Shown: positions 1 to 8,709 of the stretch, one piece after another
How positions within the stretch are numbered: the stretch's first letter is position 1
Layout: every line of letters begins with the position of its first letter
Source: Clostridia bacterium
Lineage (GTDB): Bacteria; Bacillota; Peptococcia; Peptococcales; BICA1-8
NCBI GenBank assembly: GCA_030154225.1
Contig: JASKKI010000004.1
Coordinates: 2,710 to 66,709 of the forward strand
DNA length: 64,000 nt
Direction: 5' to 3'
Position numbers and translations under genes: made by a program
The notes under the pieces: generated by a model
Seen by the model: the letters and a program-made list of their open reading frames with translations, nothing else
The model's database searches: none
What the model was told of the DNA's origin: nothing

Positions 1-117
1 ACCATTGAATTAGCAAAAAAAGAAAAATTAAAAGATGATATTAAAATAAAACAACTCAATAAGCTTTTAGGATCAGAAAATACAAGAAAATATAATCCTT
101 ATATTATAGGGAGGTAA
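1..117 (+). CDS. 3' end of an upstream gene (partial, product unknown)
   Basis: Frame 1 is open from the window edge to TAA at 115-117 (...NPYIIGR*), ending 3 nt before the panC start. No recognisable motif. Confidence 0.3.
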   Translation, partial: TIELAKKEKLKDDIKIKQLNKLLGSENTRKYNPYIIGR

Positions 118-120
118 AAA

Positions 121-966
121 ATGTTAGTCAAGACAATAAAAGAAGTTAGAAATATTATAAAACAAAATAAATTAAGGGAAAAAACTGTAGGACTTGTCCC
201 TACTATGGGATATTTACATGAAGGACACCTATCATTAATTAGAAAAGCTAAACAAGACAATGATTTTGTTATCGTAAGTATTTTTGTCAATCCAATACAA
301 TTCGGACCCAATGAGGATTTTGAAGATTATCCCAGAGATTTAGACCGAGATTACAAACTTGCTATTGAGGCTGGAGCCAATTTGATATTTAATCCTTCCG
401 TTGAGGAAATGTATCCCCAGGAAATAAAAACTTTTGTTGAAGTACGAGATTTAACGGAAAACCTATGTGGTTTGTCAAGGCCAGGTCATTTTCGAGGTGT
501 AACTACAGTTGTTGCAAAATTATTCAATATAGTTCAACCTGACAAAGCATATTTTGGTCAAAAAGATGCCCAGCAAGTTTCGGTTATTTCAAAAATGGTA
601 CAAGATTTAAACTTTGATCTAGAGATAGTTCCCTGCCCTATTGTCCGGGAAAATGATGGACTTGCTATGAGTTCAAGAAATGTCTATCTAAAGGCCACGG
701 AAAGAAAATCAGCCCTTTTACTTTCCCAATCTCTTTTTCAAGCCCAGGAATTGATAAATAAAGGTGAAAGAAATGCTGAAAATATAAAAGATTTCATTAC
801 AGCTACCCTTCAAAAAGATGAGAAATGTGATATCGACTATGTCAAAATAGTTGATTTTGATACATTAAAAGATATTGAAATTCTAAAAGGAAATGTTTTG
901 GTAGCTTTAGCAGTTAAAATTGGTAAAACCAGATTAATAGATAACATTATTATGGAGGTGAAATAA
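121..966 (+). CDS. panC: pantoate--beta-alanine ligase
   Basis: 281-aa ORF with SD GGGAGG upstream. The N-terminal PTMGYLHEGHLSLI (HxGH nucleotidyltransferase motif) and GQKDAQQ are typical of PanC. Abuts panD. Confidence 0.95.
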   Translation: MLVKTIKEVRNIIKQNKLREKTVGLVPTMGYLHEGHLSLIRKAKQDNDFVIVSIFVNPIQFGPNEDFEDYPRDLDRDYKLAIEAGANLIFNPSVEEMYPQEIKTFVEVRDLTENLCGLSRPGHFRGVTTVVAKLFNIVQPDKAYFGQKDAQQVSVISKMVQDLNFDLEIVPCPIVRENDGLAMSSRNVYLKATERKSALLLSQSLFQAQELINKGERNAENIKDFITATLQKDEKCDIDYVKIVDFDTLKDIEILKGNVLVALAVKIGKTRLIDNIIMEVK

Positions 967-1350
967 ATGCTGATTAATATGTTTAAAGGTAAAATTCATA
1001 AAGCAAAAGTAACTGAAGCTAATCTTAATTATGTTGGCAGCGTAACAATAGATCAGGATTTAATGGATGCGGCAGGAATCCTGGTTAATGAAAGAGTACA
1101 AATTGTTAACAATAATAATGGGGCTAGGCTAGAAACTTATACTATAGCTGGTGAAAGAGGTAGTGGAATAATTTGTTTAAACGGTGCTGCTGCTAGACTA
1201 GTACAACCAGGAGATACAGTTATTATTATAGCTTACTGCTGGTTAGAAGAAAAAGAAGCCTTAAACCATAAACCAAAGGTAGTTTTCGTTAACGAAGATA
1301 ATAAAATTATAGATTTAACAGATGTAGAAAACCATGGTGAAAGAACATAA
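967..1350 (+). CDS. panD: aspartate 1-decarboxylase
   Basis: 127 aa. [19 protein letters not shown] contains the Gly-Ser self-processing site. [15 protein letters not shown] and [14 protein letters not shown] match the conserved PanD core. Confidence 0.95.
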   Translation: MLINMFKGKIHKAKVTEANLNYVGSVTIDQDLMDAAGILVNERVQIVNNNNGARLETYTIAGERGSGIICLNGAAARLVQPGDTVIIIAYCWLEEKEALNHKPKVVFVNEDNKIIDLTDVENHGERT

Positions 1351-1380
1351 GGGAGCCTCTCCCCTAACAACCGTCTTCGA

Positions 1381-1410
1381 AAGGAATTTTAGTTTATAAA
1401 TTCCTTTTAA
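1381..1410 (+). terminator. stem-loop after panD (weak U tail)
   Basis: AAGGAATTT / AAATTCCTT 9-bp stem with an 8-nt loop, followed by TTAATT. Confidence 0.45.
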
Positions 1411-1463
1411 TTAAAAATGAAAGGTCGAAACCTCAATAACTATTTGCTGTATTTCGACCTTTC
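1411..1463 (-). terminator. stem-loop after the methyltransferase/S-component operon
   Basis: GAAAGGTCGAA / TTCGACCTTTC 11-bp stem with a large loop. On the minus strand it is followed by ATTTTTAA. Confidence 0.45.
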
Positions 1464-1477
1464 TGATCTACAACTAA

Positions 1478-2098
1478 TTATCCTTTGTTTTTAACATCCA
1501 TCCTTTTTTTGCCTATTACATAATAAAGCTCTTCATTATCTACTGAATCTAGAACTTTAAAGCCAGCTTTAACAAAAAGCTTTTCTACCTCTTTGCTTTC
1601 AGGTAAGCCTAAAGAAATTTCCTGAGCACCAACACTTTGGTGCCGGTGATTTATAGTATCCTTGCTTTCCGAATGACATACAATTATTTGACCTTCAGGT
1701 TTTAATAGTTTCCACAAATTTAGTAAAGTTTCTTCAGGGTTTAAAAAATGTGGAAATACAGAATAACAAATGACTGCATCATACCTTATTTCATCTAAGA
1801 TCAAATTATTTACATCCCCTACTACAAAATTAACATTTTGCTTAGGATACTTTTTTTGTGCCAATTCAATCATTTTTTCAGATAAATCAACTGCTATTAT
1901 TTGACCTTCATGACCAACCAGCTCTAATAAAAATGGAATTAAAATTCCAGTACCAGTTCCTACGTCCAATACTATATTTCCAGAAGAAATCTTTATTTTT
2001 TCTAACAAAAATTTAATTTTTTGAGGATTATGGTTAGTTATTTGATCCCATCTCTCAGCTTTTTCATTAAAAAAATCTTTAATTGTGTTTTGCTTCAT
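1478..2098 (-). CDS. class I SAM-dependent methyltransferase
   Basis: 206 aa. Contains the VLDVGTGTGIL motif I (GxGxG) and a Methyltransf_11-like layout. Overlaps the upstream gene by 20 nt. Confidence 0.8.
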   Translation of the reverse strand: MKQNTIKDFFNEKAERWDQITNHNPQKIKFLLEKIKISSGNIVLDVGTGTGILIPFLLELVGHEGQIIAVDLSEKMIELAQKKYPKQNVNFVVGDVNNLILDEIRYDAVICYSVFPHFLNPEETLLNLWKLLKPEGQIIVCHSESKDTINHRHQSVGAQEISLGLPESKEVEKLFVKAGFKVLDSVDNEELYYVIGKKRMDVKNKG

Positions 2099-2627
2099 TT
2101 ATATTAACCCCTTTACTTTCCAAAATATTAGCATTTTCTAATAACTTTACCATAATGGGAATAACAACAATTTGAATTAAAATACCTGGTAAAGAAGTTA
2201 TAAAACTTGCAGTTAAAAAGGTCTTTAAACTAAATGCTTTGGCTAAAAATTGAGTTAATAAGATATAGTTAACTATTCCCGCTACCAATCGCCCAGCTAA
2301 CATTCCCATTATTAATGATATAAATAGGTTACTTCTTCTCTTATAAATATATGAAATAATATAACCATAACAAGCAAGCTCAAATACCATTTGAATTCCT
2401 ATGGGAAAAAATGGTGGCATAGAAGTCATAACTGAACTAAGAATTGGTGTCAAAACTCCTACTAGAGCTGCATTAAATGGACTAAGCAAAAAACCTCCTA
2501 AAAGAATAGGAATATGCATAGGTAAAAATACCGCTCCACCCATTTGAAAAGTATGAAAGGTAATAGGTAAGATTATTCCCAAAGCAATTAATACTCCTGC
2601 TGTCACAATTTGCTTATTTTTATTCAT
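2079..2627 (-). CDS. ECF-transporter S (substrate-capture) component-like membrane protein
   Basis: 182 aa, about 6 TM segments, small hydrophobic protein resembling the ECF S-component family. SD AAGGAGG upstream. Substrate unknown. Confidence 0.55.
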   Translation of the reverse strand: MNKNKQIVTAGVLIALGIILPITFHTFQMGGAVFLPMHIPILLGGFLLSPFNAALVGVLTPILSSVMTSMPPFFPIGIQMVFELACYGYIISYIYKRRSNLFISLIMGMLAGRLVAGIVNYILLTQFLAKAFSLKTFLTASFITSLPGILIQIVVIPIMVKLLENANILESKGVNINEAKHN

Positions 2628-2802
2628 TAATAAGACCTCCTTAAAAACAAAAATAGCTATAAAAAATTAGGTTTCATACCTAAAAATTTAATAGCTATTT
2701 TATAATAAAATAATATTTTAAAAACCTTCATGGTTATTTCTTTAAAATATTTTATTCAACAAATTTAAAGTAAATCCTTCTTCTATTCTTGAATAAGAAT
2801 AA

Positions 2803-3018
2803 TTATTTTCCACTAATTTTATAAAAATATTTACGAAATTGCTCCACAGGATTAATTGTTTCCAATAAAGATGGAATAGAAGTTTCCAACTGGGTACTTT
2901 TACATTTAGGACAACAATTAAAATTATTAATAAACATAGACATCATTCCACCATTTCTTCTTAATATAACATACCAACCACAATCCTTACAGGTTAATTT
3001 ATAGGAACGTTCATACAT
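2803..3018 (-). CDS. small zinc-ribbon protein (71 aa from the internal ATG)
   Basis: The ORF-track entry is 99 aa. The ATG at 3018 is preceded by GGAGGT, 8 nt upstream. Cys pattern is CKDC-x21-CCPKC. No family recognised. Confidence 0.45.
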   Translation of the reverse strand: MYERSYKLTCKDCGWYVILRRNGGMMSMFINNFNCCPKCKSTQLETSIPSLLETINPVEQFRKYFYKISGK

Positions 3019-3162
3019 ACTAAAACCTCCATGAACTTTAAACTTTTTTATCATAGATAATAATATCCTGTAATTTATTATATAGCAACTCTTCCTCTTC
3101 AAATTTACTGCACTTGACTTATTAATAAACCCTTTTTAAATTTAAGAAATTTGGATCATAGC

Positions 3163-3191
3163 TTGAATTAAATTAATATTTATGGTATTAT
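3163..3191 (+). promoter_or_regulatory. sigma-A type promoter for the L-box transcript
   Basis: TTGAAT (3163-3168), 17-nt spacer, TATTAT (3186-3191). Confidence 0.5.
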
Positions 3192-3220
3192 TAAGTGAAT
3201 TTAATATAATATTACCTCAT

Positions 3221-3466
3221 CTCTTTCCGAGGTGGGGTAGAGGCGCGGTACCTATTAGTACTATGGGGAGCTAGGGAGCTAGGAACTATAGGAAAGGAGT
3301 TACCGCCGAAGTGCAGTAAAGTCCCAACTTACTGTGCTGGGCCTGCATACGAATAGGTGCAGGACTGTCATCAAGGGAGTATCCGCCCCTTGATGGAGTG
3401 CTATCTCACGGAGGAAAGGGGGAAAGTGGGTTATCTACTAAGCTTCTTTCATCAGAAGCTTTTTAA
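3221..3466 (+). promoter_or_regulatory. lysine riboswitch (L-box) with terminator expression platform
   Basis: L-box signature blocks occur in the correct order: AGAGGCGC (3239-3246), CCGCCGAAG (3303-3311), CTGGGCCTGCA, ACTGTCA (3364-3370), GGAGTGCTATC (3395-3405). These are followed by the AAGCTTCT/AGAAGCTT hairpin plus T-run (3440-3465). Compared from memory with the B. subtilis lysC leader. Confidence 0.85.
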
Positions 3467-3504
3467 TTTGCATCAAACTTAAAACCTACTAAGGAGGTAA
3501 TAAA

Positions 3505-3678
3505 ATGGAGGCATATTGCAGTTATTGTGGAAATCCTCTTGATACTGAAAATAAAGTTACTTTTCATTTAGGTGATGAAGAAATAAATTCTTGTGAAGGA
3601 GAATGTTTAATCTATCTCTATCAAGAGTACCAGCAAAAAAGAAGCTTTTCCACTTGGATAAATATAAATAAAAATTAA
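3505..3678 (+). CDS. 57-aa Cys-rich (CxxC-x21-CxxxC) small protein, function unknown
   Basis: ATG at 3505 sits 7 nt after the strong SD AAGGAGG. Translation is MEAYCSYCGNPLDTENKVTFHLGDEEINSCEGECLIYLYQEYQQKRSFSTWININKN*. Too short for the ORF track. It lies between the L-box terminator and its own terminator. Confidence 0.55.
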   Translation: MEAYCSYCGNPLDTENKVTFHLGDEEINSCEGECLIYLYQEYQQKRSFSTWININKN

Positions 3679-3682
3679 TAAT

Positions 3683-3713
3683 AGTGACCACTATTTCCAG
3701 TGGTCACTTTTTT
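3683..3713 (+). terminator. intrinsic terminator
   Basis: AGTGACCACT / AGTGGTCACT perfect 10-bp stem with a 6-nt loop and a T6 run. Confidence 0.85.
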
Positions 3714-3767
3714 AGTTATCTGATATTATTGTATTAAAAAAACAGCCATAGCTGGGAGGCCTCAATA

Positions 3768-4124
3768 ATGTTTGTAGATAATTTTACAGTATTTATAACA
3801 GGGAAATCCAAATTTAAAAAAGGCACTACAGAAGGTAAAATTTTCCAATACGCAACTTTAGGTGTAGAAATAGACTTAACAACAGAACAAATTTTAGAGG
3901 CTGAATGTACCCTTTGTAATAACCTGGAAATTAAGTATATTTCCCAACTCTTAAAAGGTAAAAAATTAACCGATGAAGGTTTTCTAGAACTATATGATGA
4001 AATAAATAAACGGATGCATGGACTAAACAAGCAGGGTATTCTTGCCGCCTTAAATGATCTAAAATGTAATTGGGATAGATATTACCTGTTAGAACAAACA
4101 CAAACTACACCTATAGATCCTTAA
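3768..4124 (+). CDS. hypothetical protein
   Basis: 118-aa ORF with SD GGGAGG upstream. Preferred over the antisense ORF at 3734-4030, which lacks an SD. Confidence 0.5.
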   Translation: MFVDNFTVFITGKSKFKKGTTEGKIFQYATLGVEIDLTTEQILEAECTLCNNLEIKYISQLLKGKKLTDEGFLELYDEINKRMHGLNKQGILAALNDLKCNWDRYYLLEQTQTTPIDP

Positions 4125-4890
4125 TATTTATAACTTGCCCAACATGGAGTTGTGTACTACCAAAGTATTTATTAAATTCAACTAAAGCCGGAAATTCAGT
4201 ACAATGAGTTGGTAAAACCTTTTTCACATTTATTGATTTTAAATATTCAATTGTTTTTTTAGTTACAAAATCATTATCTTTAAGATGGAATCCTCCTATT
4301 ACTGCTAAAACCTCTTTTATACCGGTAATTTTAATAGCATAATCAACCATATTGCAAATTCCTGCATGTGCACACCCAGAAATTACAATTAATCCTTTTT
4401 CAGTTTTAATAGCCAATCCTGAATCATCATAAACAAAGTCTTTATTCCCATCTTCCTTTTTGAAAATTGTCTCTTTAGCCTCAAAATCATTTAATCTGGG
4501 TATTTCACCAAGAAAAATAGTATTTTCATCAAAACTAAATGGTTTTTTTGTTAGAATAAGATGAAATCTTTTTTCTCCTTCTTTTAAATCAAAAGGTAAT
4601 CCTATATGTTCCCCATCCCTAAATCGTTTAATAAATGCTTCGGGATGGCAAACAAGCTTTTTTTTAGGAAGATATTTCAAGCCATTCCCGTGGTCCCAAT
4701 GCCCATGACTTAAAACTAGATAGTCGGCATTCATAATATTTATATCCATCTTTTCTGCATTTTTTAAAAAAAGATCGGATGCACCAAAATCCAATAAAAT
4801 ATTTGTTCCTGCTTCAATATAAATAGACAATCCCCATTCTGCTGAATATTTTCTACTGGCACAATTATCGGATAAAATAGTTATTTTCAA
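4111..4890 (-). CDS. MBL-fold metallo-hydrolase
   Basis: 259 aa with the HGHWDHGNG metal-binding motif (HxHxDH). Confidence 0.85.
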   Translation of the reverse strand: MKITILSDNCASRKYSAEWGLSIYIEAGTNILLDFGASDLFLKNAEKMDINIMNADYLVLSHGHWDHGNGLKYLPKKKLVCHPEAFIKRFRDGEHIGLPFDLKEGEKRFHLILTKKPFSFDENTIFLGEIPRLNDFEAKETIFKKEDGNKDFVYDDSGLAIKTEKGLIVISGCAHAGICNMVDYAIKITGIKEVLAVIGGFHLKDNDFVTKKTIEYLKSINVKKVLPTHCTEFPALVEFNKYFGSTQLHVGQVINIKDL

Positions 4891-4923
4891 CTTTATCCTC
4901 CTCTCATTATAATTAATAATTAT

Positions 4924-5976
4924 TTACAAGAAAAAACTATAGACAACCGGGATAATTAAAATTGCCGTAATTAAACGTAGTAATTGTAAAGAGCCTACTA
5001 CAACTACGTCAGCTTTAACTTGGTCGGCAATTAACACCATTGGGGCGAGACCACCAGGTATGATGCTCAAAAAACCTGTTATAAAATCCCATTTGAAAAT
5101 CTTACTAAATATCCAGGCCAAAACTAGACTGTTAAATATTATTAAGAAGGTTATCAAAACAATAGAATGGCTTAAAGTAGGGACACTAAAAAAACTTTCC
5201 CGGGTAAAGTTAGTACCAATAATACTTCCCATACCTACTTGAGCAAAATTATAAAAATAAACGGGTGGTTTAGACACTTTTTTAAAAGGGCTGAAATTGT
5301 AAGTTGCAATAAAAAATATAGCACCTATTAACCTGCCAGCCGGAAAATTTAAAATTGTAAAAATTATACTCCCTATACTACCTAAAACAAAAAATACCCA
5401 CCAGTTTTTTTTACTAATTGAGGTATTTGGGTCTGACTTATTTTCCAGATGATCTTCATCACCATAATGTTCCCCATTATCAGGAAAAACCTTTTTGACC
5501 AATATCGGTACTAAAAAGACAATTGTAAGAAGCCTGGCCAATTGAAAAGAAGTAATTTGGGCTAAATCTGCATGATATGATAAAGCAAGAACACTTACCT
5601 CAGCTATACCTCCAGGTACTACAGATAAAAATGCTGTCGATTTCTCTAAAAAGGAGGCTTCTAGAAGCAACCAACCATAAACAAATGTTATAAATAAATA
5701 CCAACTAATAAGTATTATTCCAGGCTTGAAAACAGATTTTAGCTGATTTAGAGTATTTTTATTAAACTTCAAACCGATAAAAACTCCCATAATAATTGAG
5801 CAAATCATTATGAAATAGTTAGGTGCAACTATATCTAACCCTAAAATTTTTAGAAAAGCAATTGCTAAAATTGGTCCGATTAACCTACCAGCAGGAATTT
5901 TTAATTTTAAACTAATTTGAGAACTAACATACCCAACACTTAGCAGAATAGTAACACTAACCAGTTGTTCAACCAC
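4924..5976 (-). CDS. AbrB-duplication family integral membrane protein (putative transporter)
   Basis: 350 aa and highly hydrophobic. Two internally similar halves each carry PAGRLIGP/A...; this resembles the 'AbrB family / putative ammonia monooxygenase' membrane proteins. Confidence 0.55.
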   Translation of the reverse strand: MVEQLVSVTILLSVGYVSSQISLKLKIPAGRLIGPILAIAFLKILGLDIVAPNYFIMICSIIMGVFIGLKFNKNTLNQLKSVFKPGIILISWYLFITFVYGWLLLEASFLEKSTAFLSVVPGGIAEVSVLALSYHADLAQITSFQLARLLTIVFLVPILVKKVFPDNGEHYGDEDHLENKSDPNTSISKKNWWVFFVLGSIGSIIFTILNFPAGRLIGAIFFIATYNFSPFKKVSKPPVYFYNFAQVGMGSIIGTNFTRESFFSVPTLSHSIVLITFLIIFNSLVLAWIFSKIFKWDFITGFLSIIPGGLAPMVLIADQVKADVVVVGSLQLLRLITAILIIPVVYSFFL

Positions 5977-6132
5977 AAATAACCCCTTCTTTCTATACCT
6001 ATTTAAAATCTTATAACTTTTAGTTTAAAATTGAAAGTTTTATTTTATTTTTTTAAATAAAAAATAGACAAAATTAAAGGAATAGTATATAATTTTAGAT
6101 TGTTATTATTAAAATAGAAAGGAGCGGGCACA

Positions 6133-6801
6133 ATGGCAGATTCGGCAAGAGAAGGAATTCTTCAGCGGGATAAAGAAACATATGCAATTGTTCCAAAAAT
6201 TCCCATGGGAATGCTAACTCCCCAAATTCTTGAAAAAATTGCTTCTGTAGCAAAAAAATATAACATTCCTGCTCTCAAAATTACTTCTGCCCAAAGAATT
6301 GCATTAGTAGGTATTAAAAAGGAAGATGTGGAAAATGTTTGGGAAGATCTAGGAATGGAAGTTGGCTATCCTGTAGGAGCTTGTCTTCATTATGTCCAAT
6401 CCTGTCCAGGTACTGAGGTATGTCGTCTTGGACAAAGGGATTCCTTACATATGGCCCAAAAATTAGATGAACTCTTATCCCAGATGAATATTCCGGCTAA
6501 AACAAAGGTAGGAGTATCTGGCTGTCCTCTTAACTGTGGGGAAGGATTTGTACGGGATATTGGCTTGTTTGGTAAAAAAGAAACGGGCTGGACGGTCATA
6601 ATTGGTGGTAACTCCGGTAGAAACACCAGAATAGGTGATGTACTAGCAGAAGACCTTTCCGAAGAAGAAACTATTGATTTAATTAACAGATTTGCCCAAT
6701 TCTATATTGCTAATGCCAAAGGTAGAGAAAGACTTTACCGCTTTGTACCCAGAATAGGTATTGAGGAAATCAAAAAAGAGCTGGGATTAGTTCATAGTTA
6801 A
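6133..6801 (+). CDS. small nitrite/sulfite reductase-like (siroheme/4Fe-4S) protein
   Basis: 222 aa. CPGTEVCRLGQ ... SGCPLNCGE is the Cys cluster of the NIR_SIR ferredoxin-like/hemoprotein domains. Confidence 0.7.
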   Translation: MADSAREGILQRDKETYAIVPKIPMGMLTPQILEKIASVAKKYNIPALKITSAQRIALVGIKKEDVENVWEDLGMEVGYPVGACLHYVQSCPGTEVCRLGQRDSLHMAQKLDELLSQMNIPAKTKVGVSGCPLNCGEGFVRDIGLFGKKETGWTVIIGGNSGRNTRIGDVLAEDLSEEETIDLINRFAQFYIANAKGRERLYRFVPRIGIEEIKKELGLVHS

Positions 6802-6826
6802 TCGACTTTAATTCATAGAAAAAATT

Positions 6827-6868
6827 AAAAAGGGTTATTTAGTAAAATCACTAAATAACCCTTTTTCT
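6827..6868. terminator. bidirectional intrinsic terminator
   Basis: AAAAGGGTTATTTAGT / ACTAAATAACCCTTTT 16-bp stem between convergent genes, with A/T runs on both sides. Confidence 0.8.
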
Positions 6869-6880
6869 TCGGCAAGTTTT

Positions 6881-7756
6881 CTATTGAATGGGGAGTTCTT
6901 GGGCCTTTAATGCTTCCTCAGGGATGGCAAACTCCTGAGCTTTATTTTGATTAACTATTTCATATTCCGTTGACATTTCCATACTGGAAAATACCTCAGC
7001 AGCTTCTTTAGGGAAATTACCATTTTTCACTAAGGCATCTCCTAAATTATGAATGTTTTCAGTCATATCCATAGATGTTTTAACTATATCAAGAGTTAGC
7101 TTATCTATCCAGATAATCCCCTTAATATCTCCAATTTGACTTAAAATACCAGGGGCTAAAGGCAATTGATTGGGCATCATGTTCCCGGAAGGTAAACTTT
7201 TCATAATTTCATCATACATTTTACTGGAAACAACCATTTCAATTTTGACAGTTTCCTTTTCCCCTATTTTCTCCTCATTTAATATTTCTGCCCTTTCCAG
7301 GTTTTCTAAATATACTGCTAAACTTTTGGTCGGGTCCATATTTATCATTTTCGCAAAAGCATCATCTTTAAATACCATTTTAAACCATTGATCATTCATC
7401 TTTTGATAGATATTCATACCCTCTTTTGTTTCTTCCAGGTACTGCTCCACTGTCAACATTTTATCACTTTGAGGGTCATTCATGGACAATACCATTTTCA
7501 AGCGCATCGGTTTTTGAAAAATAGTAGCAGTTCCCTTAATATTTATGTCAACAGGTTCCTGGCCGGGAGGTGTCATTTTCATTTTCATTTGAATATTCAT
7601 ATCAAAATTGTTGATATCAGCCATCTTTTGATATGATGCTTCCAAAATTTCTTTAGCTGTTTTTCCTTTTGTTAAATCTTTAGTACCACAGGCAGTTATA
7701 AATAACCCTATGACCAGGAGTAAAGTTATTAGATATAACCTTTTACCAAGCATCAT
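6881..7756 (-). CDS. lipoprotein (LolA-like/DUF-type), last gene of the ECF-sigma module
   Basis: 291 aa. Signal peptide with lipobox LFITAC. No enzymatic motif. Confidence 0.55.
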   Translation of the reverse strand: MMLGKRLYLITLLLVIGLFITACGTKDLTKGKTAKEILEASYQKMADINNFDMNIQMKMKMTPPGQEPVDINIKGTATIFQKPMRLKMVLSMNDPQSDKMLTVEQYLEETKEGMNIYQKMNDQWFKMVFKDDAFAKMINMDPTKSLAVYLENLERAEILNEEKIGEKETVKIEMVVSSKMYDEIMKSLPSGNMMPNQLPLAPGILSQIGDIKGIIWIDKLTLDIVKTSMDMTENIHNLGDALVKNGNFPKEAAEVFSSMEMSTEYEIVNQNKAQEFAIPEEALKAQELPIQ

Positions 7757-7836
7757 AACACTTCCTTTTTTTAAATTGATATATGATTTAAATTACCTGA
7801 TAATATTAGACGCCTAAGTTAAATAAAAAGTTTCAT

Positions 7837-8709
7837 TTATAAATCCATTCTATTGAACTTTCTTATAGCTAGAGTAACAAAAGCTAAAATAAACACAATT
7901 GTATAGATAACCATCCAACCACTAGGGGGATGAATGCTGCCAAAAGGACCTGTTGAAATTAAAGAAAGGGGAGTATTTTCTACATCATACAAAACACTAA
8001 AAAATTTTCGATACATACTATCCACGGGGCTAATCAGACTGGCTAAAATCCCGATATCAACCAACTCTTGTTTTTGGATCAGTACTCCGATTTGCTCTAA
8101 AAATCCCCCGATGATACCCAGCATGAAAAGCATAATTACCACAATACCTGTAGCCAGTGATTTAAGTCTGGTACTAAAGAAAAAAACAATAGCCAGCAAG
8201 GTTAAGGGTATTAAAAAATAAATATTTACTGCTTTAATTATATTTATTATTTGGAAGTTATAAAAAACTTTTCCCGCCATTATTATATTGAGAATTAAAA
8301 CAGAACTCAACATAAATACACTAAAAATTATTAGCATTAATGCTAAACCGGTAAACTTACCTAGCATGAACTTTGTCCTAGTAATAGGTTTGGTAAGAAC
8401 CGTATACAATAAACCCGACTCCAACTCCAGAGAAATAGTACCAATTCCACCTAATACTGTTAAAAAAGCTATAATAAAAGTTGAAAAATAAAAACCGGCC
8501 CCTAATAGTTGGCTGGAAACAGTAGATCTGATAATTAAATCGGGAAAGTTACCTCCTTTATGATAAACCATATAAAGAGCTCCACCATACAGGCCTAGAA
8601 ATATTAAAGCCAGTACAAGAGTAGCAACAAATATTTTTTTATTTAACATCTCTTTTAGGGAATATTTAATGATAGTTAACATCTTTCTTTTCCTTCCTTT
8701 TTGATCCAA
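7837..8709 (-). CDS. ABC-2 type transporter permease
   Basis: 290 aa, about 6 TM. Overlaps the upstream ATPase gene. Confidence 0.7.
   Translation of the reverse strand: MDQKGRKRKMLTIIKYSLKEMLNKKIFVATLVLALIFLGLYGGALYMVYHKGGNFPDLIIRSTVSSQLLGAGFYFSTFIIAFLTVLGGIGTISLELESGLLYTVLTKPITRTKFMLGKFTGLALMLIIFSVFMLSSVLILNIIMAGKVFYNFQIINIIKAVNIYFLIPLTLLAIVFFFSTRLKSLATGIVVIMLFMLGIIGGFLEQIGVLIQKQELVDIGILASLISPVDSMYRKFFSVLYDVENTPLSLISTGPFGSIHPPSGWMVIYTIVFILAFVTLAIRKFNRMDL

Noticed and set aside
2641-2701. Long hairpin plus T-run ending next to the SD of the ECF S-component gene, considered as an attenuator or riboswitch platform.
   Set aside because: It is positioned as the terminator of the upstream mini zinc-ribbon gene. 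There is no GC-rich or aptamer-like sequence between it and that gene. A weak promoter may overlap its 5' arm.
3236-3256. GGTACCGCG on the minus strand resembles part of the T-box motif (GGUGGUACCGCG).
   Set aside because: The match is partial. On the plus strand the same bases are the conserved AGAGGCGCGGTACC start of an L-box, whose other four signature blocks follow in order.
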